DNA of 60,674 bases, the filler included, from Diploschistes diacapsis (Eukaryota): assembly GCA_023645945.1 (NCBI GenBank). It is 7 parts of 7 records of this genome, joined end to end, with 100 filler letters (N's around TTAATTAATTAA, not from the genome) between each part and the next. Parts side by side here need not be neighbours in the genome. Positions count along the whole stretch, not along the records: positions 1 to 27,968 come from JALAIB010000156.1; 6 more parts are not named here. The stretch is one strand, 5' to 3'. Of this stretch, positions 1 through 12,398 are shown piece by piece. The notes beneath the pieces were generated by a model. That model saw nothing but the letters and a program-made list of their open reading frames with translations, was not told the DNA's origin and searched no databases. Made by a program: the position numbers and the translations under genes. Position 1 is the stretch's first letter; every line of letters begins with the position of its first letter.

Positions 1-2174
1 GGGTGGGGGAGATGGGTGATGTTTAGGGGAGGTGTCATGTTGGAAGAAGGAGGAGGAGAGGATTGTGGTTGAGGGTCGCCGCTGATTTGAGCTCGGGGAG
101 CAGGATTGCCATTTTCGTTTGCGACGGGCGCTGGGCCGACGCTCTGAGGGGAGAAGAGGCGCTCCCAGTCACAGGCCCAGCCTCGTCCTATCTCGCCTTT
201 TCGCCCGTTTCCCATGTCGACGCTCTCGAATTCAATCCGTCGCCCCTTTGGTTTGCGCTCCCATTTCCTCTTACGCTTCTCGCGCTCCTGCATCTCCCAC
301 TGCCACCCGGCTTTTGTGCCGGGAAAGTCCCCCGGAAACCACGGCTTATTGTTCTCGAAGCAGATCTGTCGCTGCTCGTTGAGGCCGCCGAAGCGCGGAT
401 TGCCGCCACCCGACAGTGGGTATCGCATGACCGAGTACCAAACGGGAAGAACACATTTCCAGGAGAGCAGCAGCGTCCAGGAGCCCTGGGCGCAGCCCTT
501 CTTGTCGTGGTTGTTGGCTAGGAGGAGGACGGGGATTCGAGGATCAGTGGCTAAAGGCACGGGGTGTTTGCCGGGTGGAGCTTCGCCTTTGCGCCTGTTG
601 ATGGACCTTTGACTGGGGAGTCTGCGTGAGGCAGAGAGGCGGGCTTCACGATCAAAGATTGGGTAGATGCCGCACGTCTGCTTCCCTGGCCACTCGGACG
701 TCAACTCGAGAGTTGCATCGGTGAGCGTAAGCTCGGGTTCTTCGAGTTTTCTATGTGGTGCACCCAGGCGAGGGTCCGCGACCGAAAGGCTTAGCATGGC
801 GCCGGAGGGAAGAGCGAAACTGTCTGTTATTGGCGCGATCTTGGACCAGATTTGTGCAGCGGGATTATCTACGTCCATTTCACCTTCGCTCGACAGTGCG
901 CTTGGGCGTAGAATGCCAACAAGAGCCTCGAGCGATGCAGGGCCGGTAATGTCAATACTGCCCATCTCAAACCTCAGGTCGTCAAGCACGACCTGCGGCT
1001 TCTGCTCCTTCTTTATTCTCAGTAGCTCTTCCCAAAGCTGCAAGAAGGCTGCTGGCTGAACACGGATCAAAACGCTCCGCTTGCTCTCATCTTCAACCTG
1101 TGGACCCCAGATGATCATCACTTTCGCAATCCAGCCGTGCTCCACTTCTGCTTCCCTGATCCACCCGTAGAAACTCCTCGCGCCGGCCCTCCACCGCATT
1201 CCTTTCTTTCCGGTCAGCCACTGTTCCTCAATGCCGAGGACTCGGAAGGTCTCCAGTAAAGCCGCTTCGTCCCCTTCAAGCCCAATGGTACTCGTATAGC
1301 TCACGTCCCAGGCGATACAGCCTCTGAGCGTGCTCGCTCGATGCGCGGTCCGATAATCCTTCTGCGTCGGCTTCAGCGGGATGGAGAATCGCCACAAAGG
1401 CTCTTTAGGTGGCGTCATATGCGCTCGCTTCGTGTGGAAGAGGTGTGTGGGCAGCCAAGACTTGTTCATCTGGCGCTTCTTGTGCTTCCCAATGCTCGGC
1501 TTCGGGACTGCAAGTTTGTTCGCATGTCCGACAACCTCTTGTCGCTGATCGCTATCTTCATCTCCTTTACCCTTGCTCTTGGCCTTTTCTCGAGCCTGCC
1601 GTGCCTCGTACTCGGCTTTCGCCTCCTCTCTTCGGAACTCCCTCTCTTTCTGTCTTTCTATGCGGGTAGCTACGCTGGGAATCGTCTTGGCGTTCTGCGC
1701 GCGAAGGCGCTGCTTGGAGGACTTTTCCCGGCGTCGAGCAGTCACAGTGGGTGTGTTGTCCTCCTTCATCTACTTTCAACCTCGTCAACCATTACCATTC
1801 GGAGCGCGCCGAGAAATCTGCCTTACCTCCTTTGCAGCTCGAGCCCTCAGTCTGCGGGGTGCTCGCTTTACATTGTGGCTGGCCGTGCGGCGCCGCAGCT
1901 CGCGTGGTACCTGCTGGAATGCTCGGGTCGCGGCGCTCTGCTTCGAAGCCGCCATGCTGTTCTCCAGGGCTCGGATCTCGAATTCACGAGCTTTGACAAA
2001 AGACGCAACGTTCAACTCTCCCGTCATGTTGTTGATGGCAGGATCGGAAGTCTGCGCGAGGATTTTGCGCGCATCTATCAACTTGGTAAACTTGGGACCG
2101 CGTCCTGTCGCAGCCGCTGCCGATGAGGCAGTCCGCTTTTTAGGATTGGATATCGAGGGCGGTTTCGAAGCCAT
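1..2174 (-). CDS. POP1: RNase P/MRP protein subunit Pop1 (3' end runs off the window start)
   Basis: ATG at 2174. Exon 1 contains FVKAREFEIRALENSM...RAFQQVPRELRRRTASHNVKR, the Pop1 N-terminal motif. A GT-AG intron at ~1826-1770 joins to MKEDNTPTVTARRR; later sequence includes LPTHLFHTKRAHM and WRFSIP. Confidence 0.93.
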
Positions 2175-3578
2175 AGCCAGCACAGACTCATAAGGGACAG
2201 AACACAAACAGCTGCGGACTTGTGCTCTTTGCTAAGTTCAAGAGAAAACCACAAATACAAACTGTGAAGGGGATTGCATCGTTTGAAAACTTGCATCTCG
2301 TCGCGATACCTGCGGATTGAAACTTGCTTAAAATTCGAGCGCTATGCTTGATTGGCTAAAGAAAACACCTTTACCGCGGTATTCTGGGTATTCTCAGGCG
2401 AAAGAGTACCTGCGCTTAAAGTAAATGCTCGTCCTAACCTGGGCTAGCGGGCCGTCATTTTTTTCGAATTCTCCACGATTTCATTCCATTAATACTAAGC
2501 TAAAATCCAAAATCAGTCCTAAATATCATTACACAATCCAAGTTTTTTATCTCGAAAACGTTCCGCTATTCGTGTTTTATGATTTTCAATAACAAGAGAT
2601 ACGAGAAAAAAGATTGGTTATATGTTTTTTTCCCTACCTCTAGAGCTATTATCCCCATTATTACCCCATATTGCCGTCCTGCTAACCCAAGCCGAAAACC
2701 TTGCCTGCCGAGTTGCCGAGTTGCCGAAGTCGACTAGCCCGTCTTAGGATTAATTGAGCCAGGCAGGGTTGCCAAGCCTGGGGAAAGAATGTTCAGCGAG
2801 AAAATAAACGCACGAACCTTTGAAAAAGGTTTCCGCCAGCGTCTTTATCACGAACGCGTCTGATAGGATGGGAACAGTGGGAAAAAACGCAGTTTTACGG
2901 CGTACCCCTTGCACAAATGCAAACGTTGTGCTACTGCCTTCAGCTGCTACCCTGCCGCGCGCAAGGCCGTGGCGTTGTAGTACGGTGGGTTAGGTGCAGT
3001 GATTCCCGCGGCTTCGTTCTGGATCTTGGAAAGCGGTTCGCTGGATGCGGGGAAGAATCTTCCAGCGTTTGATTTGATACCCCTCAGCTGAATTGAGGCT
3101 GGCACGCAACGAGAAGGCGAGTAAGGCAGCAGTATGCTACATTCAAATCCAAACTTTTTCCTTGCCAGAAAAAAGCAGAAAAAAAGTTGGTGTGGGTGGT
3201 GAAGCAATATGTGGCTGATGTTCGAATGTAATTTACTGTATTCATACCGGGTTCATTCTAGTAGTCCCTTGGTATTTCATACGATACCATATTTCGCGGA
3301 CTTGGGCCTGCCTGCTTTCGGCTTGTGATACCATCTCGAGATCCTAGACAGATAAGCGTCTCAGCTTTACTGCCGGACTGCGGCAAGGGTTTGCAGTGAA
3401 CCTATGCTGTGTCTGTTGCTTTAGCTACCGCTCCTATGGAGAGGGTAGACTCAAAATAAGAATAGATCTCACTCTTCGTCGAGGAATCGTAATTACAATT
3501 TTTGCTATTGCTTCAGTTCCTAGCTTCTCGCAGTGCTTATGATGCACATAAGTTCGCAAGCCGTCCCCTAAGCAAGCT

Positions 3579-5406
3579 ATGCATTCAACCACGGCAGTTT
3601 CCGCTATGGAGCACCCCGCCGGTTGGCGTCTTGCCGTGATTTTGCTCTCCTTGAGCACTGGGCTGCTTCTTGTCGCCATCGACAACAATATTAGGCGTTG
3701 CTGTTCCCGAAGTTACGGCTGTCTTCTATTCGCTCGATGACGTGGGCTGGTATGGTTCTGCTTATCTCTTAACCGTGACTGCTCTTCAGCCGTTGTTAGG
3801 GACCTGGCTCAAGTACTTCAATATTAAATGGATCTATCTTGCCTGCGTGTTGATCTTTGAGAGTATGCCTAGCATATAGCGTTTCCGTCCACGATTGACC
3901 TGTCCCAGTCGGCTCTCTGCTGTGTGCTGTGGCTCCTAGCTCCCCAGTCTTTATTGTTGGTCGTGCAGTTGCCGGCATTGGAGCAGCCGGCTTGTTCCAA
4001 GGCGCTATATATATCGTCGCATGCATCGCGCCATTGGTGAAGCGACCGCTGTACCTGGGTCTTGTAGTCAGTGTCTTTGGCGCAGCGACCTGTTTTGATC
4101 CTACCTTAGGGGGCGTGTTGACAACGGACGTTACTTGGAGATGGTGCTTTTGGATGTAAGTGTCTGAGCAGCGAGCGCAACAGCGATTCTGACCAGACTT
4201 TATTAGTAATCTACCAATTGGAGTGCCAGCTTTCTTTCTAATCTTCCTCTTCCTACAACTTCCACAAAAACGAGACGATGCAGCTCGCCAACAACCAAGC
4301 ATGGCCAAAATACGAAGCTTGGATCTCGCAGGCGCTTCGCTCTTCATCGGGAGTATCTGCTGCATAGTGCTTGCATTGCAATGGGGTGGCGTAACCGATC
4401 CATGGTCGTCGTCCAGGGTGATAGGATGTTTTGTAGGTTGTGCAGTTCTGATGGCAGTCTTCTTCTGGGATCAGTGGTACCTGGGAGAGAAGGCCCTCAT
4501 TCCCTTGAGAATCCTGACCAAAGGACGGTGCTATGTGGCTCCTTATTTGTTTTCCTTGTTAATGCCTCGAGGTACTGCCTATTAACCACATGGCTAGGTT
4601 GTCTCAATGCTCGTCTGTGCCATCGTCGGCTCAATTGGCACTGGGCTTCTAAGCACCACTGGTATCGGCACTTCCGCAGCTGCTTGGGCTGCATAACTTG
4701 TTGTTACTGGGCTCAGGATAGGGCGTCGGTGTGCAGATGCCGATGACTGCAGTACAAGTCGCTCTGGCGTAAGGCAGTATGTCCAAGGTTTTGGCCAATA
4801 ATATGACTGACTCTGCCCAGTGAAGCAGACAAACCTATTGATAATGGTGAGTCCCTATCGATTGCAAGCTCCGGCGAGCTCTGGAATAAGCTGATTAGTA
4901 TCTGTAGCCATCGTTGTCTTCTTTATTCAATTCGGCGGGTGCGTTGTCTGAACTTTTCGGCTGCAGCCTCTGCTCCCTTGGCGCACTGCGGTTTCGTTTC
5001 GTTACTTCCCAGTAACTAATGGAGAGAAGGGCCTTGGTTGTACCAATTGGTAACACTATCTTCACCAACGTCCTCTCTACCCAAGTCTCTCGGCTCCTCC
5101 CTTCCGTTCCTACATCAGTAGTCATTCACGCTGGAACTCAAGGCCTGAGCTCTATTACCGGTGAGCCTGGTATGTTACTGGCTTTGGAGAAGGCTTACTC
5201 CATAGCTGTGAAGGGTGTGCTATACCTTGCGACAGCTTGCATTGCACTATCACTTGTGCCGGCATTAGGGACGGAGTGGATCAACATCAAAGCAATTGCG
5301 AAGAAAAAGGAAAGAAAACATCTCCGTGGAAGAAGTAGAGATATCAGGAAGTGACGAGATGGAGTTGAAGAGGATGACAAGTCCAGTGCCTGTGCAGTTT
5401 TCATGA
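3579..5406 (+). pseudogene. DHA2-type MFS efflux transporter pseudogene
   Basis: Motifs LVAIDN/ILGVAVP, DVGWYGSAYLL, FIVGRAVAGIGAAG, TWRWCFW and LALQWGG. Frameshifts at ~3687 (GAC AAC A ATA TTA GGC) and ~4520, an in-frame TAA at 4694-4696, and an apparently missing central TM block after ~4570. Confidence 0.85.
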
Positions 5407-6135
5407 TGTAACTGAATCAGTCAATCAACAACAGTCTTCGTGACGGAGGCTGCAGTGCTGTTAGATTACAACTGAGATATAATCTGAGTTAAGATTTAGG
5501 GTCTGCAGTATGAAGTAAACAGGCGGAATGTAATCGAAGTTAGATAGGTAAAATCCTGGAAGGAAAGGATATGGTCGAAGCAGGTCTGAGAAAAAGAAGC
5601 ATCAAATCTATGGGATGTATGTTTGCGTTAGCTAGTAGATATTGCTTGTAATTTATTTAATAAAACCTAGTGTATTATCTATTACAGGGCCTTTTCTGCA
5701 ATATGATCTGAGCCGCTAGTCCTAATCGGGGCAAAAATCTTATCTCTAGCGACAGCTCCCTTAATAAGAAAGAAATGCGAGAAAGGTACTTTATTTATCT
5801 AAGTATAGTATTGGACATATTGGATGAAATCGTTACCGAAGGTACAAGGTCTCAGATTGAGCACGTGACCAAGCCTCTTGCGTTTGCGTTGTGTGTTGTG
5901 CGAGAGAGATAGAGAAAGAAAGAAGAAAAAGAGAGAATTACGATAGAAAACACTGTCGGCCCTTCCATCGTAATAGATTTGTGCAAGAAAAGATCCTGAA
6001 TTGAGGAGGATCATCAAGGTATATTATTTTTTCAATTTTGTTCTGGATCGCTTATAGTATAGTCTCACGATATGCATTGTATCTATTTCCATGATCTACT
6101 TTCGAGTTAGGACCTTAGCTTCACGCAGCGCAAAT

Positions 6136-7660
6136 TCAATCAACATCCTTCCCACTAAACGTTGCAGCCCTTTTATGCGAAGCTCGTCTGCGGCACCTTG
6201 ACCCCCGAGTGCACGACGTCAAATTCATCGGATCCCGGACCAGCGTATCGCTGCTCCTCGGAATGCGGCATGGCGTGATACCGATTGTGCGTAAACGCCT
6301 TGCCGGTCTCGGTGTCGATAGCTGTTGGATACGAAGAGTGGCGCCTGAGCCTCGTAAGAAGATTACGAAGAGAACTGAAGGTCCTGTTGTACCCCGTTTC
6401 TTATCGTGCTTCTTAAACAGGGACGGAAGGTACGGCATGTTTCCGCAGAGGATGCCCATACTAATCTCAACGACGCTGAGGGCACCGTCAGCGGTTGGTC
6501 GATTATGTTATACGGGAAGCAGCGAATATGGAGCTCGAGGATAGACTTACGCTACCAAAAGCGCCAGGGGGAGGTTCCATATATTCGAGGAACCCGTCGT
6601 ATCGATAACACGGTAATATATACCCACCGAGCTCGCCGCTATCGAGCTAAATATAAATCATCAACGATCCAGGTTCTGACCATCCTTGCCTGAAGTAATC
6701 TTACAGTAACCCAGTAGCGAAGATCAAAAGAACCCCTAGTCTCTTATTAAGCGAGAGGTGAAGGCCTAGGATCACCGGAATCGGAAGCACGAACAGGTAT
6801 ATGTCCGAAAGTAGCCCGAATATCCCCACGAGATACGTGACAGGAATTTTCTCCTTGCAGGCAGTAGGACGACGTCTGGACTTGAAGCCAAGTCTCTCCT
6901 GGTCGGACAATGCACAGTACCGAGTATGCGATGATGGCTGCTGCATAGAAGACAGCGCAGGCCGCTATTCCAAAGTAGATGGCATATCTGAACCACAGCT
7001 TGACCGCAAATGGTCCCAAGTAGAGGAGGAATAGCGAGAGTTTCGTAAGGAAGAAGAGTAGATTAGAGAACACTAGAGCAATGACGAGAACACTAGAGCA
7101 ATGACGACGGAGATCTAGAATAGTAAGTGGATACTGTGACCCGGCTGAGAGCCTCTGAGATTCACTTACAGAGGAAAATAAGGGAGTGATCTTGCTAAGA
7201 GGTACATCCCAACCGTGAGAGCCAATTATAGTTATCTCTGGTACTGATAAGAAGATATCTAAGATCAAGCCGTGTTCACACGTACCCCACAGAACAAAAC
7301 CACAGTAAACGGTAAAGCCAATCTAAGAAGCTCTTAGCAAATACCGGGGAATCCAAATGGAAGGATAGAGTCGTCCTACAATGGCCACTGCGGATGTAGC
7401 TATCGCATTCTATTGTCAGTAAGTCAAGTACATGCTTGCCTGTAGTCTGACATACCATCGTCCCAACCAAAGGACTTTGAGACATATGCTTTGCTATACA
7501 CTCGAAGCCCAAACGCCGGCCATATCAGCGCAAGACAGATAGCTGTGATAGCTATCACAATCGGGGCACGCGTTTCAGGGTTAATGAAGTTGGGCATGAT
7601 TCCCGGGGGCGGAGCCTCGATAGGAATATCCGATAGTGGAAACCCAAGCGGTAACGACAT
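6136..7660 (-). pseudogene. PTH11-like (fungal rhodopsin-domain) integral membrane protein pseudogene
   Basis: N-terminus PPPGIMPNFINPET...LRVYSK...GWDD; also TKLSLFLLY, SDIYLFVLPIPVILGLHL and LGILCGNMP. Disrupted by a 20-bp tandem duplication (7066-7105) and a frameshift near 6850. Confidence 0.8.
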
Positions 7661-9871
7661 CCTGAAAAGATCACGTAAGACTAGCCAGTTGCTTGGATTC
7701 GAAAAGGGACAAAGATGAGAAGAATGGAAACAGAAGTGTCAAGAGCTAGGTCCCTGTACTTTGATAATCTTTTATAAGAGACCGTAAGATCTGAGCCGTA
7801 CTCACGAGGCTCTCAGATCCCAGAAAGGAATGTGCCTGGAGCCTTGGCGGCGGTGTTTCTCGTGGTCTAGCTGAGCGTCAGTGTCAGCATGAAGCTCAGT
7901 CCCTTGTGCTTGAAATACACCCAAAGCGTACGGCTCAGTACATGCCAGTATACGGCTGCGTGGAGCTAGTGATCTCATGTATGCCCTGCAGGAAGTTCTG
8001 AACCAGGCAAGAAGAGGCTGCATGCTAACTACAACCTCAGCAGGTGGGCAGTGCAGCTTGACCATGCAAAGATTCTTAAATTGCTTGGTCAATCAGGAAA
8101 ACAACCAGAAGGTTTCGTACAGAAATTGCAAGTGCGGGAGAGTAAACCCAACCAAACTCGTTTAAAATGAGCAAACTAATGCATGAAATTACAGCTTGAA
8201 AATAAAGATACATCACTACTCGGCCAGCCAGTAAATCTTGAGTCTTGTATATGCCTGAGTTCTCGCAGTATGTCGGTCTTCCAACGAAACGCTTTAGCCA
8301 AAAGCATCTGCACCCTGGAACGGGCATCACGAGATCTCGTGGGCTCTCTCAGTGCCTCCAAGTCCCTACACAGCGTCAGCATCTAAACCTAGATCACGCT
8401 GGAGCCTAACTCACTGCGTTTGCCGTATCCGAGGAGCTGAAAAGCCAGGGAGATAGCGCCAGCGGCCTGCATGATACGTCGATAGCTTATTCTAAGCAAT
8501 ACCATTGAGATTAGGATTGCGAAGAACCATAAGTACATGGAGCCATAGTCTGACGTGCCGTTCGAGGTAGTTGTTGTCCGGAAGGATGCTACTAGCACGG
8601 GATAATGGAGCAGGTTTTGATGGCTCAAAGTCTGTGTGCTAGGCTGTATGCTGGTAATCCCTGTTTCGGCCGATAGAGATATGGATGGGTAGTAAGATAA
8701 TCTGAGGCCTTGTTCATCCTGTTGTATCAGTCTTTTGTAGCCGTTCCTTATAAGCTTGATCTATCCACGTGGAAGTCTGCGCCTCACTCAGGACATTAAT
8801 ATTGCGATCTGTGGTGTACTGGATTCGAGAGCATGATCGTTCTCCAGCGTAGCTGCGCAGCTGCAAAGTCCGTTGCTGCTGCCTAATTCTGCTTTGCCTC
8901 TTAGCCTGCTGAAGTGGGCGCGTTGGGTAAAGACCAATCTGCCTCGATCATACCGCATGAAACGATTCGACGAGGTGAAAACATCGTGCTGAGGTGCTTT
9001 GTCCTGGCCATGCAAGGCCGTGGTATGGCATCGCTACTCAGAACTAGGGAGGGCGTCTTCGAATCCACTAAAAGAGATTCACTAACGTGGTGTAATAGCT
9101 TTGATTCATCAAGGCGCCGTAGCTGGAAGCGTGTGTTGATGGTAATCTTGATCACTTGCCATGCCAGGCATGCGCGCAAGGTTGCACTTTAAGGTGGTAT
9201 GCCTGCGTAGCTGTAAGCGCGTACTGGGGAGCATACGGAAGCATTCTCCGAGCCCAAAAATAACCACCTCCAGGCAGTGCCACCCATATACATTGAGCAA
9301 GAGCAATATGGAGGTCGATGTGGAGATCTGATAGCCTCCTACGACTGGCGATTGGCACAAAAACCGAGATAGTGGGAGCTTCAGAGTATAAGCTGGGTAT
9401 GGATTTCTCGAATGATTTGTTAAGCGGTTGCCTTAGCCTTTTGCCTGTGAAACTTAATAGGAACTTTCAGTCAGCCTGAGCGGCACTTGAGAATTCTGTC
9501 AGTACCACCAGGAGATGATTCGGAACACTACATAAGCGCCTATGCATGCGTGCGTGAATGTTGTATGAATCGTGCGCCTAAAGCTAGATCTGCAGGCGTA
9601 CGCCATGAAATCTTGTAGAAGTTGAACCCCAGAATAACAGGTTAGCGACGATTAGCTGCGACGCCACACAAGCATCGGCGGGCAATACCGGGTTAGCTAT
9701 AGCTAGTAACCTATACCGAAAAGTACGAGTATCTTTAACGGCCCGTCAAGATCTTGTTACACATTCAATTGACGTCAAAATCAAAGTGCAGGCTTCAAAC
9801 ACTCTATCATGGATCGAATTGCAGCCGCTGTCTGTCCTATTGACTTCAAGTACACTCCAGCGGATCATATC

Positions 9872-11450
9872 TCATTTCTTCGACGCCAGGATTCTCGGGT
9901 CTTCGCCTGGCAGAGGAGGCATAATACCCAGAGTTGGCGTCTGACCGTCTACCTTAGGAAAACCTTGCTCTGTGCCGTCCTTCGCAGAGGCCAGGGATAC
10001 GTTGTAACGATGTAGAATAGTAGCGATGAACACTAGAACCTCCCATCTCGCCAAAATCCGCCCTGTACAGTAGGTGATACCTCCGCCAAACGGTCTGAAG
10101 CTTGGGCTCCTGTTCAGGTTCTTTTGCGACAAGAATCTGTCCGCATCAAACACGTTCGGGTTGCTACCAAATGCTTGCGTATCCATATGCAACTGGCGGT
10201 ACGGCACGAGGACCTTGCCGCCCCCCTTGAGCGTATATCCTCCAATGTCTGTGTCAGCTTCGACGCTTCTGATCGACGCCGAGGCGGCAGTGTATCGGAG
10301 CGTTTCATGCCATAAGGACATCAAGGTAGGACAGTCATCAAGTCTTCCCGCGAGGAAGCCTCCCTCCTTTGAGATGACTGAGTCAATTTCTGCTTGGACG
10401 GTAGCTTGAACTTTGGGATTGAAGAGAATATGCGCCATCATCCAGAAGCAGCTCTTATAAGCGTTGCTGTTGATCCTGCGAAGGTCAGCGATAAGCGCAA
10501 AAGGTGTCGGCTCGGAACATACACCCATAGAGGCATGACATAGAGCGCAGCAACGTCATCTTCAGGAAGTCCTAGCTTATGCATCTCAGCTTCAAGCGTC
10601 CGGATAAACCAGATTGCGTCAGCTCGTTCCCTCCTAGGTATCTTGAAGTATTCCTTCAACCCAGAAATGACCTCAGCTTTCGCTTTACAAAGCTCTGGAC
10701 ACATGGACGACGGAACCTTATAATTCATCTTCCAGCTCTCATTATCGAACTTCGTAAAGTGATTCATTAGATCTGGCCGGAGTTCCAGAAGTCGTGCGCC
10801 GATGACGGCTGTAGTAACCGATATCATCAACACCTCTCGAGCCCAGGTGAAGAGCGAGATTTCCTTGGCGTTGTCTCCAGAATGAAGTAAAGCCGTCTTA
10901 GGGACGGTTGCTCCATTCTAACGCTTTAACAATGTTGACTTCAGATTTGCCCCAGAGATCATTCAGTTCTCTGCCGGGTAGAAGCTGGTGACGATAGACC
11001 GAGACGACATCCTGGGCTGAAGTGACAATATAGAGCGTCTGGCCCGCTACCGTTATTGCGAAAGGCTGCCGAGTATTTCCAAAGTAGAGTCTGTCAGGCA
11101 CGAGTGTTACTCAAGCCTACTGCGCTGATGGGCTTAAGCACCTTGCTCGCGTGAACAATGATTCGCTATCCTTAAAGAAACTGTAAGCATGTCCTAGTGA
11201 GCTCTCAGGATTTATTCTTATATCGCAGTTCAGCGGTCGAACGGCATTTACCTACCAATGACTACCTAGGCGGTCAGTACCTCTGGCGTTAGACTCCAAT
11301 GTTCTCGTCCTACTAACCTGGAATCCAATATGGATATTCATAGGTACCAAGCAAGCCAGCCTGCACCAAGGAAAGCGACAGCTATAGAGCTCCACGAAGA
11401 GTTGGCTGAGCCTGACCAACTCAGAACTTGATCGATTATGTTGCTAATAT
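9872..11450 (-). pseudogene. Cytochrome P450 pseudogene (CYP7-like/sterol-hydroxylase-like fungal group); 5' boundary approximate
   Basis: Last exon has ETLR (ExxR), FDADRF and the heme motif FGGGITYCTGR. Upstream parts include PYWIP and YFGNTRQPF. TGA right after the TM anchor (11338-11340), a frameshift near 10905, and no clear ATG. Confidence 0.82.
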
Positions 11451-12398
11451 TGCACTCTCGTATGCAACGACTGACAACGTAAGATAGAGAAAGGTGCAGT
11501 GTGAAGCTTGAGAAGCCATGTTCAGTGTTAGGTGTGCAGGCGAGAGCAAAAGAAGAGCAGGGATACGGATTGCAGCAATGTAGCCTGCCGCCGCACACGA
11601 ACGAAGCCTTGCTGGGCCTCAGAGTGCGTTGCGCAGCAGTAGAATGCAAGTGGGACTGCTTAAAATACATTAATCGTAATGTTACGATTTAATACATGTT
11701 TGTTTACTATCTTTACTAGCGTGTGTTTTGCTCAAAGAATAGTCGCCGCTTATAGTAGCTATATATTATTGTATTTGCTTGAAAGAATTCACAGCTTGCG
11801 CTTAATGGCTCTTATAATTCAGCTGACATACTGCCATCAGACCCACCATCACGTTGCTCCATGCAGAGACTTCCATCAGGCCCGGACAGCTACAGTAGAA
11901 AGCGTCTTGCGCCTTCTGTTGGTCGTAACGTGAGGCTAAAGACTTCAACTCATCTAAATGGCATTGCAGCTGCCGTTCCACGATACGCCGCCCCCTAACA
12001 AGACAAAGATTTGTAACAAACAATCTTCGTGTCTGAGGCCTTAGATCTGAATTCCAGTCAGGCTTTCCTGTGGGTCAGGTAGCCATATGGGGTAGGATAG
12101 CAGTTCAACCTGTTCGCTTTGTAGAGCGATTCGTTTGAGATCAGCGGAGACTCTGCATAGCATAGCCTCTCCGTGCCATAATGGTGGCAATAACAATGAG
12201 GGAGCCTGAAAGCGGATGCTTTGTAGATAAGGTCATGTATGCTTTTAGTTATTATATATGGTACTATCTACTCTTAGCTCATCTCATTGGAAAATAATCA
12301 ACAAACCAAACTCTGATTCCACAATGTTCGAGTTCTTGGTAGAACAAACTATAATCGAGAAGTTTGTTTCGAGGATCAGTCACTTGATCTCCAGCATT

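Noticed and set aside
63..2193. Long plus-strand ORFs (e.g. 1341-2126, 1573-2193)
   Set aside because: They are antisense shadows of POP1.
2780..3000. Telomerase RNA (minus-strand CCTAACCC at ~2988-2995 and a TTTTCTCGCTGA resemblance), near POP1 and POT1
   Set aside because: The 8-nt match is expected by chance, I could not build a pseudoknot or CR4/5 domain, and there is little room before the POP1 start.
7800..9400. Possible additional island gene (membrane protein or DUF3328-like)
   Set aside because: An intron-like signal exists at ~8414-8366, but I found no consistent frame, HxxHC motif or recognisable domain.
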